A stretch of 64,000 nt of DNA. Origin: Camelus ferus (taxonomy: Eukaryota). The stretch lies in contig NC_045697.1 of the NCBI RefSeq assembly GCF_009834535.1, positions 14,572,001 through 14,636,000 on the forward strand. Reading direction: 5' to 3'. The notes below the pieces were generated by a model that was not told the DNA's origin, did not search any database, and saw only the letters and a list, made by a program, of their open reading frames with translations. A program made the translations under genes and the position numbers. Position 1 is the first letter of the stretch, and the number at the start of each line of letters is the position of its first letter. This document shows positions 40,025 through 52,625 of this stretch, piece by piece.

Positions 40025-40138
40025 TAGAATGGCCAAACATCATGATTTTCCTGGAACTAAGGGGTTTTCAGGGATATGGAACTTTCAATAAAAAAAGTTG
40101 TGATGGTCCTTATGAAATCATGATGGTGGGTGACCCTC
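40025..40138. mobile_element. MER81-like hAT-Blackjack MITE nested in L2
   Basis: tagaatggccaa...ggaactaaggggttttcagggatatggaactttca...gatggtgggtgaccct follows recalled MER81 consensus with CpG decay. Confidence 0.7.
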
Positions 40139-40322
40139 GTTTTTGGTGCCAAATCCTGTGGACTCTACCACCTAAATATGTCTTATATCTGTCCTATTAT
40201 TTCCATTCCCACGATTATCACTATTGTCTCTCTACAAAGCTACACGAATCCATGCTGGCCCTCCATCTCCTACCTTCCAAGAACTTTCCGCACACTGTGA
40301 CCACAAGATCTTAGTGAAAAAC

Positions 40323-40512
40323 AAGATTATGATATACAACTCTTCCATCCCTTCTTATTACCCATAGGATAAGACCCAGTAATATCTGGTCCCACGTAAA
40401 TACCAGTCTCATCTTTTATCACTCTCTCTCTCTCCCTCTCTGTGTTCCAGAATTCCTAATTTTTCCATTACTCAACTGTGTCCGGAAATAGGCCTAGAAT
40501 GACATCTCCCTC
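40323..40512 (+). repeat. Copy B of the 190-bp local duplication
   Basis: See 37546-37735; offset 2777 bp. Confidence 0.9.
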
Positions 40513-41119
40513 CTCCTTTTCCCACATCAATGCCTAATCTTCCAGGTCTCAGATTCAACGTCATTTCCGCAAGACATTTTTCCTTTTTGTCCAGACACGA
40601 TCGGGCACATATTTTTCTCCCTGTTGTTGCAAGCTATACTTCCACAGAACTCAACGGCATTTGTTATTTGTTCAATGTCTATCTTTCCAGCCAAACTAGA
40701 TGCTCCAAGAGGACTGTGTTCTTGTTTTATCCTCTTACTCTCCACTGTATCCCCAGGACCCCTCTAGGTGCTGGAAATGCAATAAATATTTGTGAAATGA
40801 ATGAATAAATACTTGAAAATAGAGTATTTCTTTGTACATTGTCCCAACCTATTGTAATAGATATCTCAGTTAACAATGAAACTATATAAAGGAAGGAAAT
40901 TAAGGTCATTATCCCTTGTAAAATTTTAGCAAGTTTTACCATATTCTGTCGAATAAGATTTCAATGATTGTTAACAGGTGTCATTATTTTAAGTACAGCT
41001 CCTATGAAAGAAAAATAATGCCAGAAAATAAACCATGAAATGCCATTGACTAAAAGACCATCCAGTTTTCAGATGTTAAGAAGTGAAAAAATGGGGAAGG
41101 TCACAAGACAACAAGAACC

Positions 41120-41780
41120 AAAATACATCTCAAATCTGCACACTGCTCTCCACACTCCCCACTCCCTCCTCGGTCCATGGAGCCATCACCTCATCCTGGA
41201 GCTACGGAAGCTGTCGTTTCCTGACTGGTATCTTCCCTTGTATTCTTCACCCACCCCCCAGTTTTTTCCCTACATTTCATCCAGAGTGATCATTTCAAAA
41301 TGCAAACTTGGTTCCACCACACAAACCCCTGCATGACCTCATCCCTGCTCACACCACTCACACTGCCTCTCACTTTATATTCTTCTGATATGGTTTCTAA
41401 AATATGCCTACCTCTTTCATTCACCTGGACTTTTCTTCAACTGACTGTCCTCATTCCTTCTCCAACTCCTTGTCTTAAAGGTTTCGGTATAAACTACCTC
41501 CCCAGAAAGATGCTCTGTGATCCTGCCATTGTTAATCAGCAGCCCCCCTCCCTCCACTCCTGCCGTTGTTCTTTTTCAAACCCACACCCTCTTCCCTTCC
41601 TTCGTGGTTCTCATCTCAAGTGTGCGTCTCTACTCGTTTGTGTTTTCATGTGGATGATGCCTGTCTCTCTCACTGACAGTTGAGCTCCATAAGGAGAGCC
41701 ATCAAGATGTCATGGCATCATACACCAGAACACAATGCAAATCAAGGTGCTATATGATTATTTATTGAATGAATGAGGCA
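41120..41780 (+). mobile_element. L2 LINE fragment
   Basis: ccagagtgatcatttcaaaatgcaaa...tgagctccataaggag...ttattgaatgaatg. Confidence 0.7.
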
Positions 41781-42919
41781 ACAGCACAGACACATTTTGC
41801 CAAAGCAAGGACAATAGAAAACCCAATGTGTAGTTCTGAGGCATTGCATGATGCTGAAAAAGATAAATATACATCCCCAAAAGTTAAGTCAGGGACAGAG
41901 ATACACCTGCCTTCCAAAGGCTTTGTTCCAGGACAAGGCACATTGATATACTATTTCAGACGACTTAGGCTTTTTTGTTTTTAAAGAAAAGTTTTATTTT
42001 ATTGTTTAATTTTTCTCCCAGGTATTTTAAAATTATTTTTAATCATAGACAATTTTGTAGTAATAACTTTGTTTAACCAATTAAAATTTAAAAAACCCTC
42101 AGAAATGCATGTAGGGACCTCAGTATCCTTTGTTATCTTTCATTGTGAAAAGTAATCAGATCTGAAATAAAATGTGAATGACAAGGTTAAAACATCACAT
42201 ACAAATTTTTTTCAACTATGTGAAAAAATTGGGTGAACAACTAATGAGAAAATATTACTATGCTAAATTTACAAAAATTGCAGAGCAAAAACAGACTCAT
42301 TTTAATAGAATCAGTGGCAATTACATCCTGTGCTTCAGTGGCAGTGAAAGTAAACTTGATTTTGACACATGTAATTGTGTTAAGAATAATTTCATATAGA
42401 GGAAAATGCTATTCATCTTTAATATCCTTGGGGACATTTTGCTCAACCAACTTCCAATTCTCTAATGCTGAGCTGTAGCTGTGTAAAATGAGATCAGTCA
42501 CCGTTGCTCTGTCCTTGAACACTGCTAATGCATCATTCTTACAAAAATATGTACACTTCCACCCATGCATTCATTCTTTCCTTTATTCATTTGGCATTTA
42601 TTGAGCAAACTGTATATGGCAGGCACTGTGCGAGGCTTTGGATATGCAAAGATAAATAACTCTAAGGCTTAAAATATGGTAAGGAAAAAACCACCTTAAC
42701 AGGTAATTAAATTTTTAAAGGTAAGTGACAATAAAAAAGGAGTAAGTGGCAGAGTCAACATATATACAAATATTGAATTCCATTTCATTTTGCTTTTCAG
42801 TTTCCAGGAAAGGACACTGAGGCTTAAAAGAATAAAGCAATTTCATGAAGATCTCATAGCTAATGAATGGAAAGACTGAGGCTTAAATTCAGGTCTTGCA
42901 ATTCCCACAACAAGAAATC

Positions 42920-43160
42920 CCCTTTGTTGAGTGCTCTCAGGTACCAGGCCATCCATTTTATACAGATGTGCAACAGTTTACATAAACTTAATTTAATCCT
43001 CATAACCGTGGAAACAAGCAATTGCCCTTTTCATTATCCTGCCGAGGAAACTGAGATTCAGATGGTCTCAGCAACGGCCCAAGTTGGAGTTAGTGAATGG
43101 CAGAGCCAGAATTCAAGCTCTGGTTTGTCCGATCCTGAAATCTATGCCGCGCCTGTAATC
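42920..43160 (-). mobile_element. MIR SINE
   Basis: atttaatcctcataacc...gaggaaactgagattcaga...tggcagagccagaattcaagc. Confidence 0.8.
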
Positions 43161-45514
43161 GCTAGCTTCCCATCTATTGCAGTTCACTCAATCCCATGGG
43201 TCTGTGGAATAATTTAATCATTATAAACAACTACCATTTACTGAGCATTTGATATGTACCAGGCACTCCTTACAGGTATTTTCTATGAATCAACTTAAAG
43301 GTCTTTCTTTCCCATCAATCAACTTACTTAATTCTCACAAAAATAACAGGTAGGTACAACTATCCTGCTAGCGTCCTGAGCACTATCTGCTCTTTCAAAA
43401 ATGGAGAATTAAAGGACTAATGTCTATATTCCTCAGCAGAGGCCAGTCGAAAAAGTATAGTCATCCACTTAATTATGCACTAGACAGAAAACACGCCATT
43501 TTCAAATTACATATATAATTCATTACAAGCTCCAAACCCAGAGTAGTCAATCTTTTTTTTTTTTCCTATCCACTCTGTTTGGCACATATTTCTAATGGCT
43601 AAAGAATGAACTTGAATGAATATATGGAATCAGATCTATCTATTTAAATTTCTGTTGTGACTCCTCCCCTCCCACTGATATTCTCAACTTCATGTAGAGC
43701 TTTCTGGCAGAAGGAGAAAGAGCCAATGGGGAAGGAAGCAGTGTGGTTCCTTTTCCCTTAGCTTTAAGCCTCAGGGTTCTGGATGAAGGAAATTGTAAGT
43801 AGTAGCAGAGAGCACGGCTTCACGATAGAAATAAATAGCCAAGTCACTCAAGCAAGGACTAACCAGGTCCCTGAAAACTTCTCAAATAAGCACCAACTTG
43901 TAACCTAGTTTGGAAACTGCAATACAAATGACTAAATATAATACAATTTGACAAGAACCATTACAGATATATGGGTTGAAATCATCTGAAAGCACTAAGA
44001 AAGAACATATTATACAGAAGTGTAAGATAGAGGTTCAAGACCAGTTAAAGGCATAAAAGCACCTTGCCACCAGGCAACACCTCAAAAAATGTAAACATTT
44101 TAAGACAATGTTACACATAAAGATAAACAATTACAAAGGCTATATATACATATGAACAAAAGTTGATCCCTGCACAAATCATTTGCTTTCTACTACAAAG
44201 GCTGCTTTTGAGACTTTCTTCAATAGAACAATCTTTAAGACTGAGCAGACAGCATTGTTTAAGAAAAACAATTTTGTGTTGTATATGACACTTCATAAGA
44301 AGGGACATTACATAATTAGTGGGTGATACTATGGCGTCTCCAAGTCCAGATATAACTGACATCAAATTTTCAGGTAAATGAGTTACCTTCCTAATGGGCT
44401 TTAATTACAATCACAATGTGACTTAACTTGTATTCCAATAATAAACATTTTGACTTTCATTTTTCTCCTTATTTAAAAGAAAACATAATCTGAATACATA
44501 ATGCCTTCTAAAAATGGAAAAGCAATTGAACAAGCAGTAATGCTGTGCCTCAGGATAACAAGTAGGACATTCCACCACAACCAAAACATCAGAGTATCCA
44601 ACAGAATCCTTTCAACTTCAAGATTTATGATCTGAGTGAGGGAGATACAAAAAAAAAAAAAAAAAAAGAATTCAATAATTTGGCCAACCTCAATCAAATG
44701 CATATATATATAAACCTAGTTTCTATTTTCCAGAGACACTGAGTTAGAGACACTAAGGGCTAATTAGAAAGAAGATAACAGAACAAAGATGGAAGTATCA
44801 TGCTTCCTGACAGCAAACTATTCTATAAAGCTATAGTAATCGAAACAGTTTGGTACTGGCACAAAATCAGACACAAAGATCACAAAGATCAATGGAACAG
44901 AACAGAGATCTTGGAAATAAACCCAAGTACAATGATCAATTAATCCTCAGCAAAGGAGGCAAGAAAATGTAATGGGGAAAAGATAGTATTTTCAATAAGT
45001 GGTGTTGGGAAAACTGGAGAGCTACATGTAAAAGAATGAAAGTTTGAGCATTTTTTCATACCATATAAAATATGCTCAAAATGCATTAAATACTTAAGTG
45101 TAAGACCTGAAACAACAACATCCCTAGAAGAAAACATAGGGAGTACACTACTTGATATTGGTATTCATACTAATTTTCTGGATCTGTCTCATCAAGAAAG
45201 GACAACAAAAGCAAAAGTAAACAAATGGGATTATATCAAACTAAAAAGCTTTTACACAGTGAAAAAAAATCAGATCAACAAAATAAAATCCACCTACTAA
45301 AGGGAGAAAATATTTGCAAAAGATATCTCTGACAAGGGGTTAATATCCAAAATATTAAAAAAAAAAAAACTTATACAATTCAATGTAAAAAAAAAAAACC
45401 CTGCATGATTAAAAATGGGCAGAGGGCCTAAAGAGACGTTTTTCCAAAGAAGACACACAGGTGGCCAATAGGCACATTAAAAGATGCTCAACATCTCTAA
45501 CAATCAAGGAAATG

Positions 45515-45729
45515 TTTACAAATGTTGTCCAGTATATATAAAAATAGATTTTAAAAAAGTTTCCTTTGTATAGCACAGGGAACTATGTTCAATATCTTGT
45601 AATAACCTTTAATGGAAAAAAATTTGAAAATGAATATATGTATGTATATGCATGACTGGGATATTGTGCTATACACCAGAGACTGACACATTATAATTGA
45701 CTGTACTTCGATTAAAAAAAAGAAAAAAA
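45515..45729 (+). mobile_element. Younger camelid-type L1 3' tail with poly(A)
   Basis: tgtatagcacagggaactatgttcaatatcttgtaataacctttaatg...gaatatatgtatgtatatgcatgactggg...tacaccaga...actgtacttcgattaaaaaaa. Confidence 0.8.
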
Positions 45730-45835
45730 TTGTGAATCACTATATTGTATACCTGTAACATATAATATTGTACATCAACTATATTTCAATTTTAAAAATA
45801 TGATACTGTAAAATAAATACATAAATTAAAAAAAT
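45730..45835 (+). mobile_element. Second L1 3'-terminal fragment
   Basis: gaatcactatattgtatacctgtaacatataatattgtacatcaactatatttcaat, then an A-rich tail. Confidence 0.7.
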
Positions 45836-46849
45836 TTTTTTAAACTACGATGATATATCACCTCACACACCACAGAATGGCTACTGTCAAAAAGACAAAA
45901 AAAATGAAATGTTGGTGAGGATGTGGAGAAAAGGGAACTCATGCACTGTTGGTGGGAATGTACAGTGGTGCAGCCACTATGGAAAACAGTGTGGAGGTTC
46001 CTCAAAAAATTAAAAAATAAAACAACCTAGAAATTTCATTTCTGAGTATTTATGCAAAGAAAATGAAAACATTAATTTGAAAAGACATATGCAGCTCAGT
46101 GTTCACTGCAGCACTATTTACAGTAGCTAAGATATGAAAGCAACCTAAGTATCCACTGATAGATGAATGGATAAAAAAGATGGAGTATACATGCAAGCAC
46201 ACGCACGTGCACGCATACACACACACACACATGCACAAACACATACACCCCACTGGAATATTACTCAGCCATAAAAAGAATGAAAGCTTGCCATTTGTGA
46301 CAACACAGACCTAGAGAGTATTACGTTCAGTGAAGTAAGTCAGACAGAGAAAAACAAACACAGCATGATTTCACTTACATGTGGAATCTGAAAGGCAAAA
46401 CAAATCAACAAACATAACAAAACAGAAACAGACTCATAAATACAGAGAACAATCTGGTGCTTCCCAAAGGGGATGGGCAAAATAGGTGAAAGGGATTAAG
46501 AGGTACCAACTTCCAGTTATAAAATAAATGTCAGGAGCATATAATGTACAGCACAGGGAATACAGCCAATAACACTGTAATAACTTTATACGGTGACAGG
46601 TGGTAACTAGACTTCTTGTGGTGATTGTTTTATAATGTATAAAAATATCAAATCAGTAATGTGCTATACTTTAAGCTAATATAATATTGTGAATCAATTA
46701 TGGTTCAATAATTTTTAAAAACTCCAACATATGCTGGAAAAGAAATACATTCATTTATCCCAATATGTGAATAAATTCAAAATTATTAATAAATTCAAAA
46801 TAAAAAATGACAAAGTTTTTCTAAAATAAAGGATAACAAATGTTATATT

Positions 46850-47260
46850 TATAAACATTTAAAAAATAGAGACCAGTGGAACATATGGAATGAAAATAGA
46901 ATAGATGTCACAAAAATTAAAAGAAAAAGCTTTTTAAATAAACTAATTTAGATCTATACCTTCTAGCAAATGGCAAAACAAATTCCAAATAAGTCAAACA
47001 TTTATATAAAAATAATCAATAATATTCTAATCCAAACTAGAACTAAATATTTATGAGCGTTTTAAATGAATACTCTTGTTGCATAATAGAAGTTCTGACA
47101 GATTTAACTACAGAAAGATTAAAACCTCCTCATACAATGCAAATTGTTATCTGAGGCAAAAGGATATGATCAAAGAAGATATTAACATCTAATATGACAG
47201 GAGTTAATACCTGAGTTGTTAAGAGGTACATCAAAAATGATAAGGAAAAGCTCTAGTAAC
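46850..47260 (+). mobile_element. Ancient L1M ORF2 remnant
   Basis: gaccagtggaaca...gatctataccttc...aaattccaaataagtcaaa...gacagatttaactacagaaagattaaaacctc. Confidence 0.5.
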
Positions 47261-47379
47261 AGCTAGAAGATTGTAGGTGATGTGGGAGGTGTGAGGGAAA
47301 ACTCCACCGGGAGCATACTTCAAGAGAAGAGGAAAGGAAAGGCAGGTTCAAAGAAAAAGCATTGTCAGTAAGAACAGCT

Positions 47380-47657
47380 AGCTGGGCTCCACACGGGCTC
47401 CAATGAGCCCCACCTTCTGACATCCACACCTTTGTGGAAGGCGTCCCACCCTGTCCTGTACAACCAATAGGTCGTTACACAAATGACATCGTCTGACCTC
47501 TGAGGCTAGGTTATAAAACACCTGGTGGCTTCTGCCTTGTACTCTTTTGATGACTTGCTCTGGGAGAAGTCAGCTGCCACGTTGTGGGAAAACTCAAGTG
47601 GTTCTATGGAAAGGTCCACGTGGAGGAGAACGGAAACTCCCCGCCAACAGCCAGCAT
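47380..47657 (+). mobile_element. MaLR LTR 5' part (MLT1E/F-like)
   Basis: ccaatgagccccaccttctgacatccacacctttgtg...ctgaggctaggttataaaa...tctgggagaagtcagctgccacgttgtg. Confidence 0.8.
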
Positions 47658-47843
47658 TAATTTACTCGCTGGTGTACGGAAGACGAAACAGGGACACACA
47701 GGGTACGAGAGCTGCCCAAGCCTACACAACTAGGAAGTGCCAGACTGAGACTTACAAACACAGAGTCTGCGTCCTTATCCACTACATGACTCTGACTCTT
47801 GACAGAAGAAATAGGATGGAAAAGTACTAGCAACGTATGCAAC

Positions 47844-47844
<1 letters not shown>

Positions 47845-47882
<38 letters not shown>
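47845..47882. repeat. (CAA)12 trinucleotide repeat
   Basis: Read directly; explains the poly-T and poly-V ORFs in the track. Confidence 0.97.
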
Positions 47883-49424
47883 GGAATGCTGAACTTGAGA
47901 AACCAACTGCACACAGGGGCACTAGAGAGGGAAAGCAGAGGGTTAAAAATGGATCTAATTTTTCAAATATGCGTAACAGGGAGGGTAGTAGGGTTATTGG
48001 TTAAGATGGGCATCAGACACTAGCGGCTTAGGAAGTGGTGTGTGTCCACAGATGTATGCACGTGTGATCACTCACAGAGTGAAGTCCAGAGAGGAAAGTA
48101 GACACGTAGGAAATACAGCGAGAGGACTAGTTCGGGAAATCCCTGATTTGAGTTTTCCCAGGCAAGGAGAATTCCAGAGGGGTTTCACTCCACTAACATG
48201 TGGTTAAAAGATGGCTTCTATCGAATGAAAATATTTATACTACCCTCCTTCTGGAGATTAGAAATTTCCTCAGTCCGTTTAACTTCTTTTTCACCATATC
48301 TTTATCAATCAGTCTAGGTATGTACATAATCTAAAATTAAAAAAAAAACCTGACTCTTTAAAAACAAATAGTAAGTAAAATCCAATCAAATTAGGTCAGT
48401 TTAACATCAATGAAATAAAAAATAGACTGACTGCTTTGCAATAACTGGAATACAAACTACAGCTCTAATCATATACCCTGTGCTTCAGTAGTGTGTGAAA
48501 AAAAATTCTAGTTTGAGAATTAATGTTTTCTCCATTTTCCTCTCATGGCTAATAACCACTAAGAAGTGTCAGTTTTTTTATATTTTGTCTTCTGCTCCAC
48601 CAATGTATGTGACTTTATTTTATTTTAATACGTCAGTCATGTTAATAAATAAGATTCTCTCTACAGGGAGCTATGAAAAGGTAGATGTCACAGGTGTTAT
48701 TTTGGAAGAGTTCTGTTTGTATTCATAGCCGTTTACTTGTAAGGCACTGCTGCATGTAATAGCCAAGAAAATTCAGCACAGATGCTAAAACAAAAATTCC
48801 CAAGCAACCAGCAAAAGTGAAATTGGACGAATCCTAATACATAATGTATACACCACAATATCCTACTGCATGTGCTTGCAAATCTGAATATGTCACTTGG
48901 CTTATCTTTGTATTTTACTAAAACAGAATAAAAAACCCACAAACTTTCTGGAGAGATTTAAACTTACCATATACAAAAACGCTCCAGGGAAGGTTGAATT
49001 CCTTTTATGATAGAGGGACAAAATATATTAACCAATAGCCAAAAAAATGCAAGTTACCAAACTTTTGGTAATGAATGGATACTCTTGTTCAACCATCCTG
49101 TCTTGATTTGCTGCCAGTCTCATGACTTACCCTCATTTCTTGGTGCCATGCCATTTTTGTTCCTATTCTACTTGTATAGAATAAAATTAAGATTCTAAAA
49201 ATCAATATGTGGTTGAATTCCGAATTCATCTTTACTCACAGCTGTTTACCCTTTCCGTATTGTATTAATAGACACATTTTATTTCTAAGTGGCCCCTAAC
49301 GCTCACTCTGCAGGTCACAGGCTATTAAACAAGCTATATTCATTTTAGGTTCTTCTGCATTTTATATTCTTTGTCACTGTGTGTTAACAAAACAACACAC
49401 AATTCTACCAAAAAACAAAGAGCA

Positions 49425-50010
49425 TGTCTTAAAAAGTTAAGCATGGATTTAACATATGACCACTATGACTCAACAATTTCACTCCTGGGTATCTTCTCTA
49501 AAGAAATGAAGACACATGCCCACAGCAAGACTTGTATGCAAATGTTCACAGAAGCTTTTTCATAATGACCAAAAAGTGGAAACACCCAAATACCCATCAG
49601 CAGGTGAGCAGACAAAAATGCCTTATATCTACACAAGGAAACATTACTTAACAATAAAAAGAGCAAAATCTTGATACATGTTACAACACAAATGAACCTC
49701 AAGAACATTATGTTCAACGAAAGAAGGCAGAAGAAAAGACCGCATATTTATATGATTCCATTTATATGAAATGTCCATCAAAAGAGCAAATATATAGAGA
49801 CAGAAAGTAGATTCCTGGTTGCTTAGAGCTGAGGAAGGTGGAGGAATGGACAGGAACCAAATACACACGAGGTTTCTTTTGTAGCTGATAAAAAGTTCTA
49901 ATATTAGTCTGTAGTGATAACTAGGTAAATTTAATAAAATCTATTGAATTATACACTTAAATGTGTGAATTTTATAGTATACAAATTATATCTCAGGAAA
50001 GCTACTGAAA
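49425..50010 (+). mobile_element. L1MB-like 3' fragment
   Basis: caatttcactcctgggtatc...aagacttgtatgcaaatgttca...tatgattccatttatatgaaatgtcca...gtgaattttatagtatacaaattatatctca. Confidence 0.88.
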
Positions 50011-50204
50011 GCATATAGTATAAACAATCATTAAACTAACATTACTATGGTTATTGAAAATCTGTAATCTGTGTATGACTCAGATCACAGAGAGAGGTGG
50101 CTTAGAAATAGAAACTGTGGTTTAAGTTTATGCTCATCTTTAAGTGACCAAAGTTTGTTCCTTTTTAACGATGTTTGATAAAAGAAGATGTATCCAAAAC
50201 TAAG

Positions 50205-50303
50205 CAGGAGAGTATAGCTCAGTGGTAGAGCACATGCTTAGCATGCATGAGGTCTTGGGTTCAATCATCAGTGTCTCCAATTAAAATGAAAAAGAGATAG
50301 AAG
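50205..50303 (+). mobile_element. tRNA-Ala(AGC)-derived SINE (camelid Vic-1-like)
   Basis: GGAGAGTATAGCTCAGTGGTAGAGCACATGCTTAGCATGCATGAGGTCTTGGGTTCAATC with A and B boxes; A-rich tail; near-TSD aaaactaag (50196-50204) / aaagctaag (50304-50312). Confidence 0.85.
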
Positions 50304-51469
50304 AAAGCTAAGGGAAGTAGAAAGATGGGAGTGCAAAAGAAGGCCAGGGCCAGGGGGTTCAAGTGGACCTAATTCACAAAAATGAGCCTGTTGCAGACCA
50401 TCGTTTGCAGACCATTGCCTTTATATACCCTCATGGATTGGAATTAGAAAATCCCTCCAGAAGAGAGGTTGACAAAGGATAATGTAATACAATATAGAGT
50501 TTTTGGCATTTGATTTTTAAAACTAATATGTGTAGCCTTTGTAGAATATAAGAAAGAAATGTTCACCTGTATCTCATTATTTCACATGCTGCATTTGCTA
50601 AGGCAGAAATTTGAATTGGCTCTGCTGATTGACAGATAATAGATGTTCAATAAACATCTGTTGTATAGATGGAGGAATAAAAGAACTATTGTATTATCTA
50701 TAAACTGAAATATTAAGTATCCATGATCTATTATCATCTAAGGGCAATAGGGCATGGACTATGTGTGAGAGAAAGTTTAGAGGAAAAGCAGGTTTGGAGT
50801 ATGGAGTGGGAGCTAATGAGGTCAGTCTTGGACATACTGAATTTAAGAGGACCTCACCCACCTGAACTGGAGTTGTCCAGCATGCAACTCAATATAGGAT
50901 TCTGGACTGACAATACACATTTGGAAGTTTTCAGTGTAGTTTAACTCAAGGGGGTTCTGTGACTTCCTAATCAATAATAAATCAATTTCTTTTAAGTGAT
51001 ACATAAAATATTCCCGAGTCCTTAGTTCAATTTTTGGCTCTGATTTTAAATCTGAATAAAAGCCTACTAAAATCTTCAAGCATAATGCACTTTCTTTGAG
51101 AACAATAGGGGCTGTAAACAAAGCTGCCTTTGTTGGCTCACAGAATATTTGCTGTTCTCTCCAATTACCTTCAACCATGCGAAAGTCCCTCTGAGACAGA
51201 GACTCACCCTGCAGTTATTAATTTCTCTTTTTAATCTCACTTTGTTATCTTTCTACAATATATTCCTTGTAAGGTACCAGCAATCTGAAAAACCTGAGTC
51301 AATCAATCCACAGATGAACTAATAGGAAAAAAGAAAAATAGTGTAACAACTTTCCTTTATTAAATATTTATTTTTATTCAGTATAAATTTGCTCATTGCT
51401 GCAATATAGCATTTGAAGACTCATTTTATTTGTAGGGCTACTGAAATATTATCAAACAGTTGTAGATAG

Positions 51470-51670
51470 ATTATGAGGAAACAGAACGATGGTTTGGAGT
51501 CAAGTGAACTTTGACTTAAATAACAGCTTTTCCATTTTACTAGCTTTATGATCTTGAGCAAATTACATAATTTCTCTGAGATTCAGTTCCTTCATCCATA
51601 AAATGTAGATACATTTATGTTCCCAGAGGGATTTGGTGAGAGCTGCATGAGGTAATACATACAAACCCAA
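51470..51670 (+). mobile_element. MIR SINE
   Basis: actagctttatgatcttgagcaaattacataatttctctgagattcagttccttcatccataaaatg. Confidence 0.8.
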
Positions 51671-52137
51671 GCAAACTGGTTGCTGACTTTATCCTCAGTA
51701 GATAGCGGACAGGATAATTATGGGGGTTTCTCTTAATTACCCCACTGTTTTTCATATCTAACGAGGTCTTAAATCAGATAAGACATAATTCAGATGTATT
51801 TCCCACAAAATTTCAATGTAGCCAAGTTTTTCTGGAGCAGCTTGAAATGTGTTGTTTCCCTCCAGTCTTCCCTCCTTTTGATCTCAGCTGCTTTTAGAAA
51901 CTCACTGCTTACTTCTTTGAAACTACTTTTTTCTGAAGTAAGCAAGCAGTTATATTTTTTAAGGGACAATATGTAAGGAAAACAGATGATAGTGTTCATA
52001 TCTCTATATTGTTGTGTAAAATATACAAATTCATCAATTATGGAAGACACCAAACATCCTGTAACCTAATGAGGTCTTCCAGATGTAGTTCCAGGTCTAC
52101 TATTAAGTATGCAGTTTGGGGTCAAATACTGAATCAT

Positions 52138-52625
52138 ATTATATATATGTCACATCTTCTTTATCCATTCATCCATTAGTGGGCATTTAGGTTGCTTCCA
52201 TATCTTGGCTACTGTAAAGAACGCTGTGATGAACACAGGGGTGCATCTTTTCAAAAGATATATGCTCTATGCTCTTTGGATACATACCCAAAGAGCTATA
52301 TGGCTATAAAAACAGTTGGAATTTTGCCATGTGCAACAACATGGGTAGACTTTGAGGGTATTATGCCAAGAGATATGGGTCAGAAGAAGAGAGTATGATT
52401 TCACTAATTTGTAGAATACAAAAAACAAACAAAACAAAATAAGTAAACAAATCAAACAAAACCAAAAGAAACAGATGTAGAGAACAGAGCAGTGGTCATC
52501 AGAGGAGAAGGGCCAAGGGGTAGCACGCTGAACGGTACATGGAACTAGATACATAATGTTATACACGTGAAACCTACATAATATTATAAACCAACGCTAC
52601 CTCAATAAAAAATAAATAAAAAAAT
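52138..52625 (+). mobile_element. 5'-inverted L1 (inverted 52138-~52294, sense ~52295-52625) inserted in a MIR
   Basis: Antisense cacatcttctttatccattcatcc...ggatacatacccaaagag, then sense gctataaaaac...ttgccatgtgcaacaacatgg...cctcaataaaaaataaataaaaaa. Confidence 0.85.

Larger units (their letters stand above)
39370..40810 (+). mobile_element. L2 LINE 3' portion
   Basis: Colinear L2 motifs ending caataaatatttgtgaaatgaatgaataaa. Confidence 0.75.
44778..46720 (+). mobile_element. 5'-truncated L1 (ORF2 C-terminus + 3' UTR, L1_Art-like), interrupted at 45515-45841
   Basis: Degenerate ORF2 coding sequence (cagtttggtactggcacaaaa...caatggaacaga...ggtgttgggaaaactgg); 3' UTR gggattaagaggtaccaacttccagttataaaataaa. 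Confidence 0.92.

Noticed and set aside
44331..44373. Kozak ATG to CAG|gtaaat (MASPSPDITDIKFS)
   Set aside because: Modest donor, no promoter or CpG island, no partner exon, no homology recognised
44473..44703. Minus-strand hydrophobic ORF with a strong acceptor
   Set aside because: The pyrimidine tract is just the complement of a poly(A) run and there is no good donor
47657..48023. Poly-Val and poly-Thr ORFs
   Set aside because: Translation artefacts of the (CAA)12 repeat
50205..50279. Functional tRNA-Ala gene
   Set aside because: T-stem pairing is broken (TTGGG/ATCAG), it has an A-rich tail and near-TSD, and no poly-T terminator follows: a SINE
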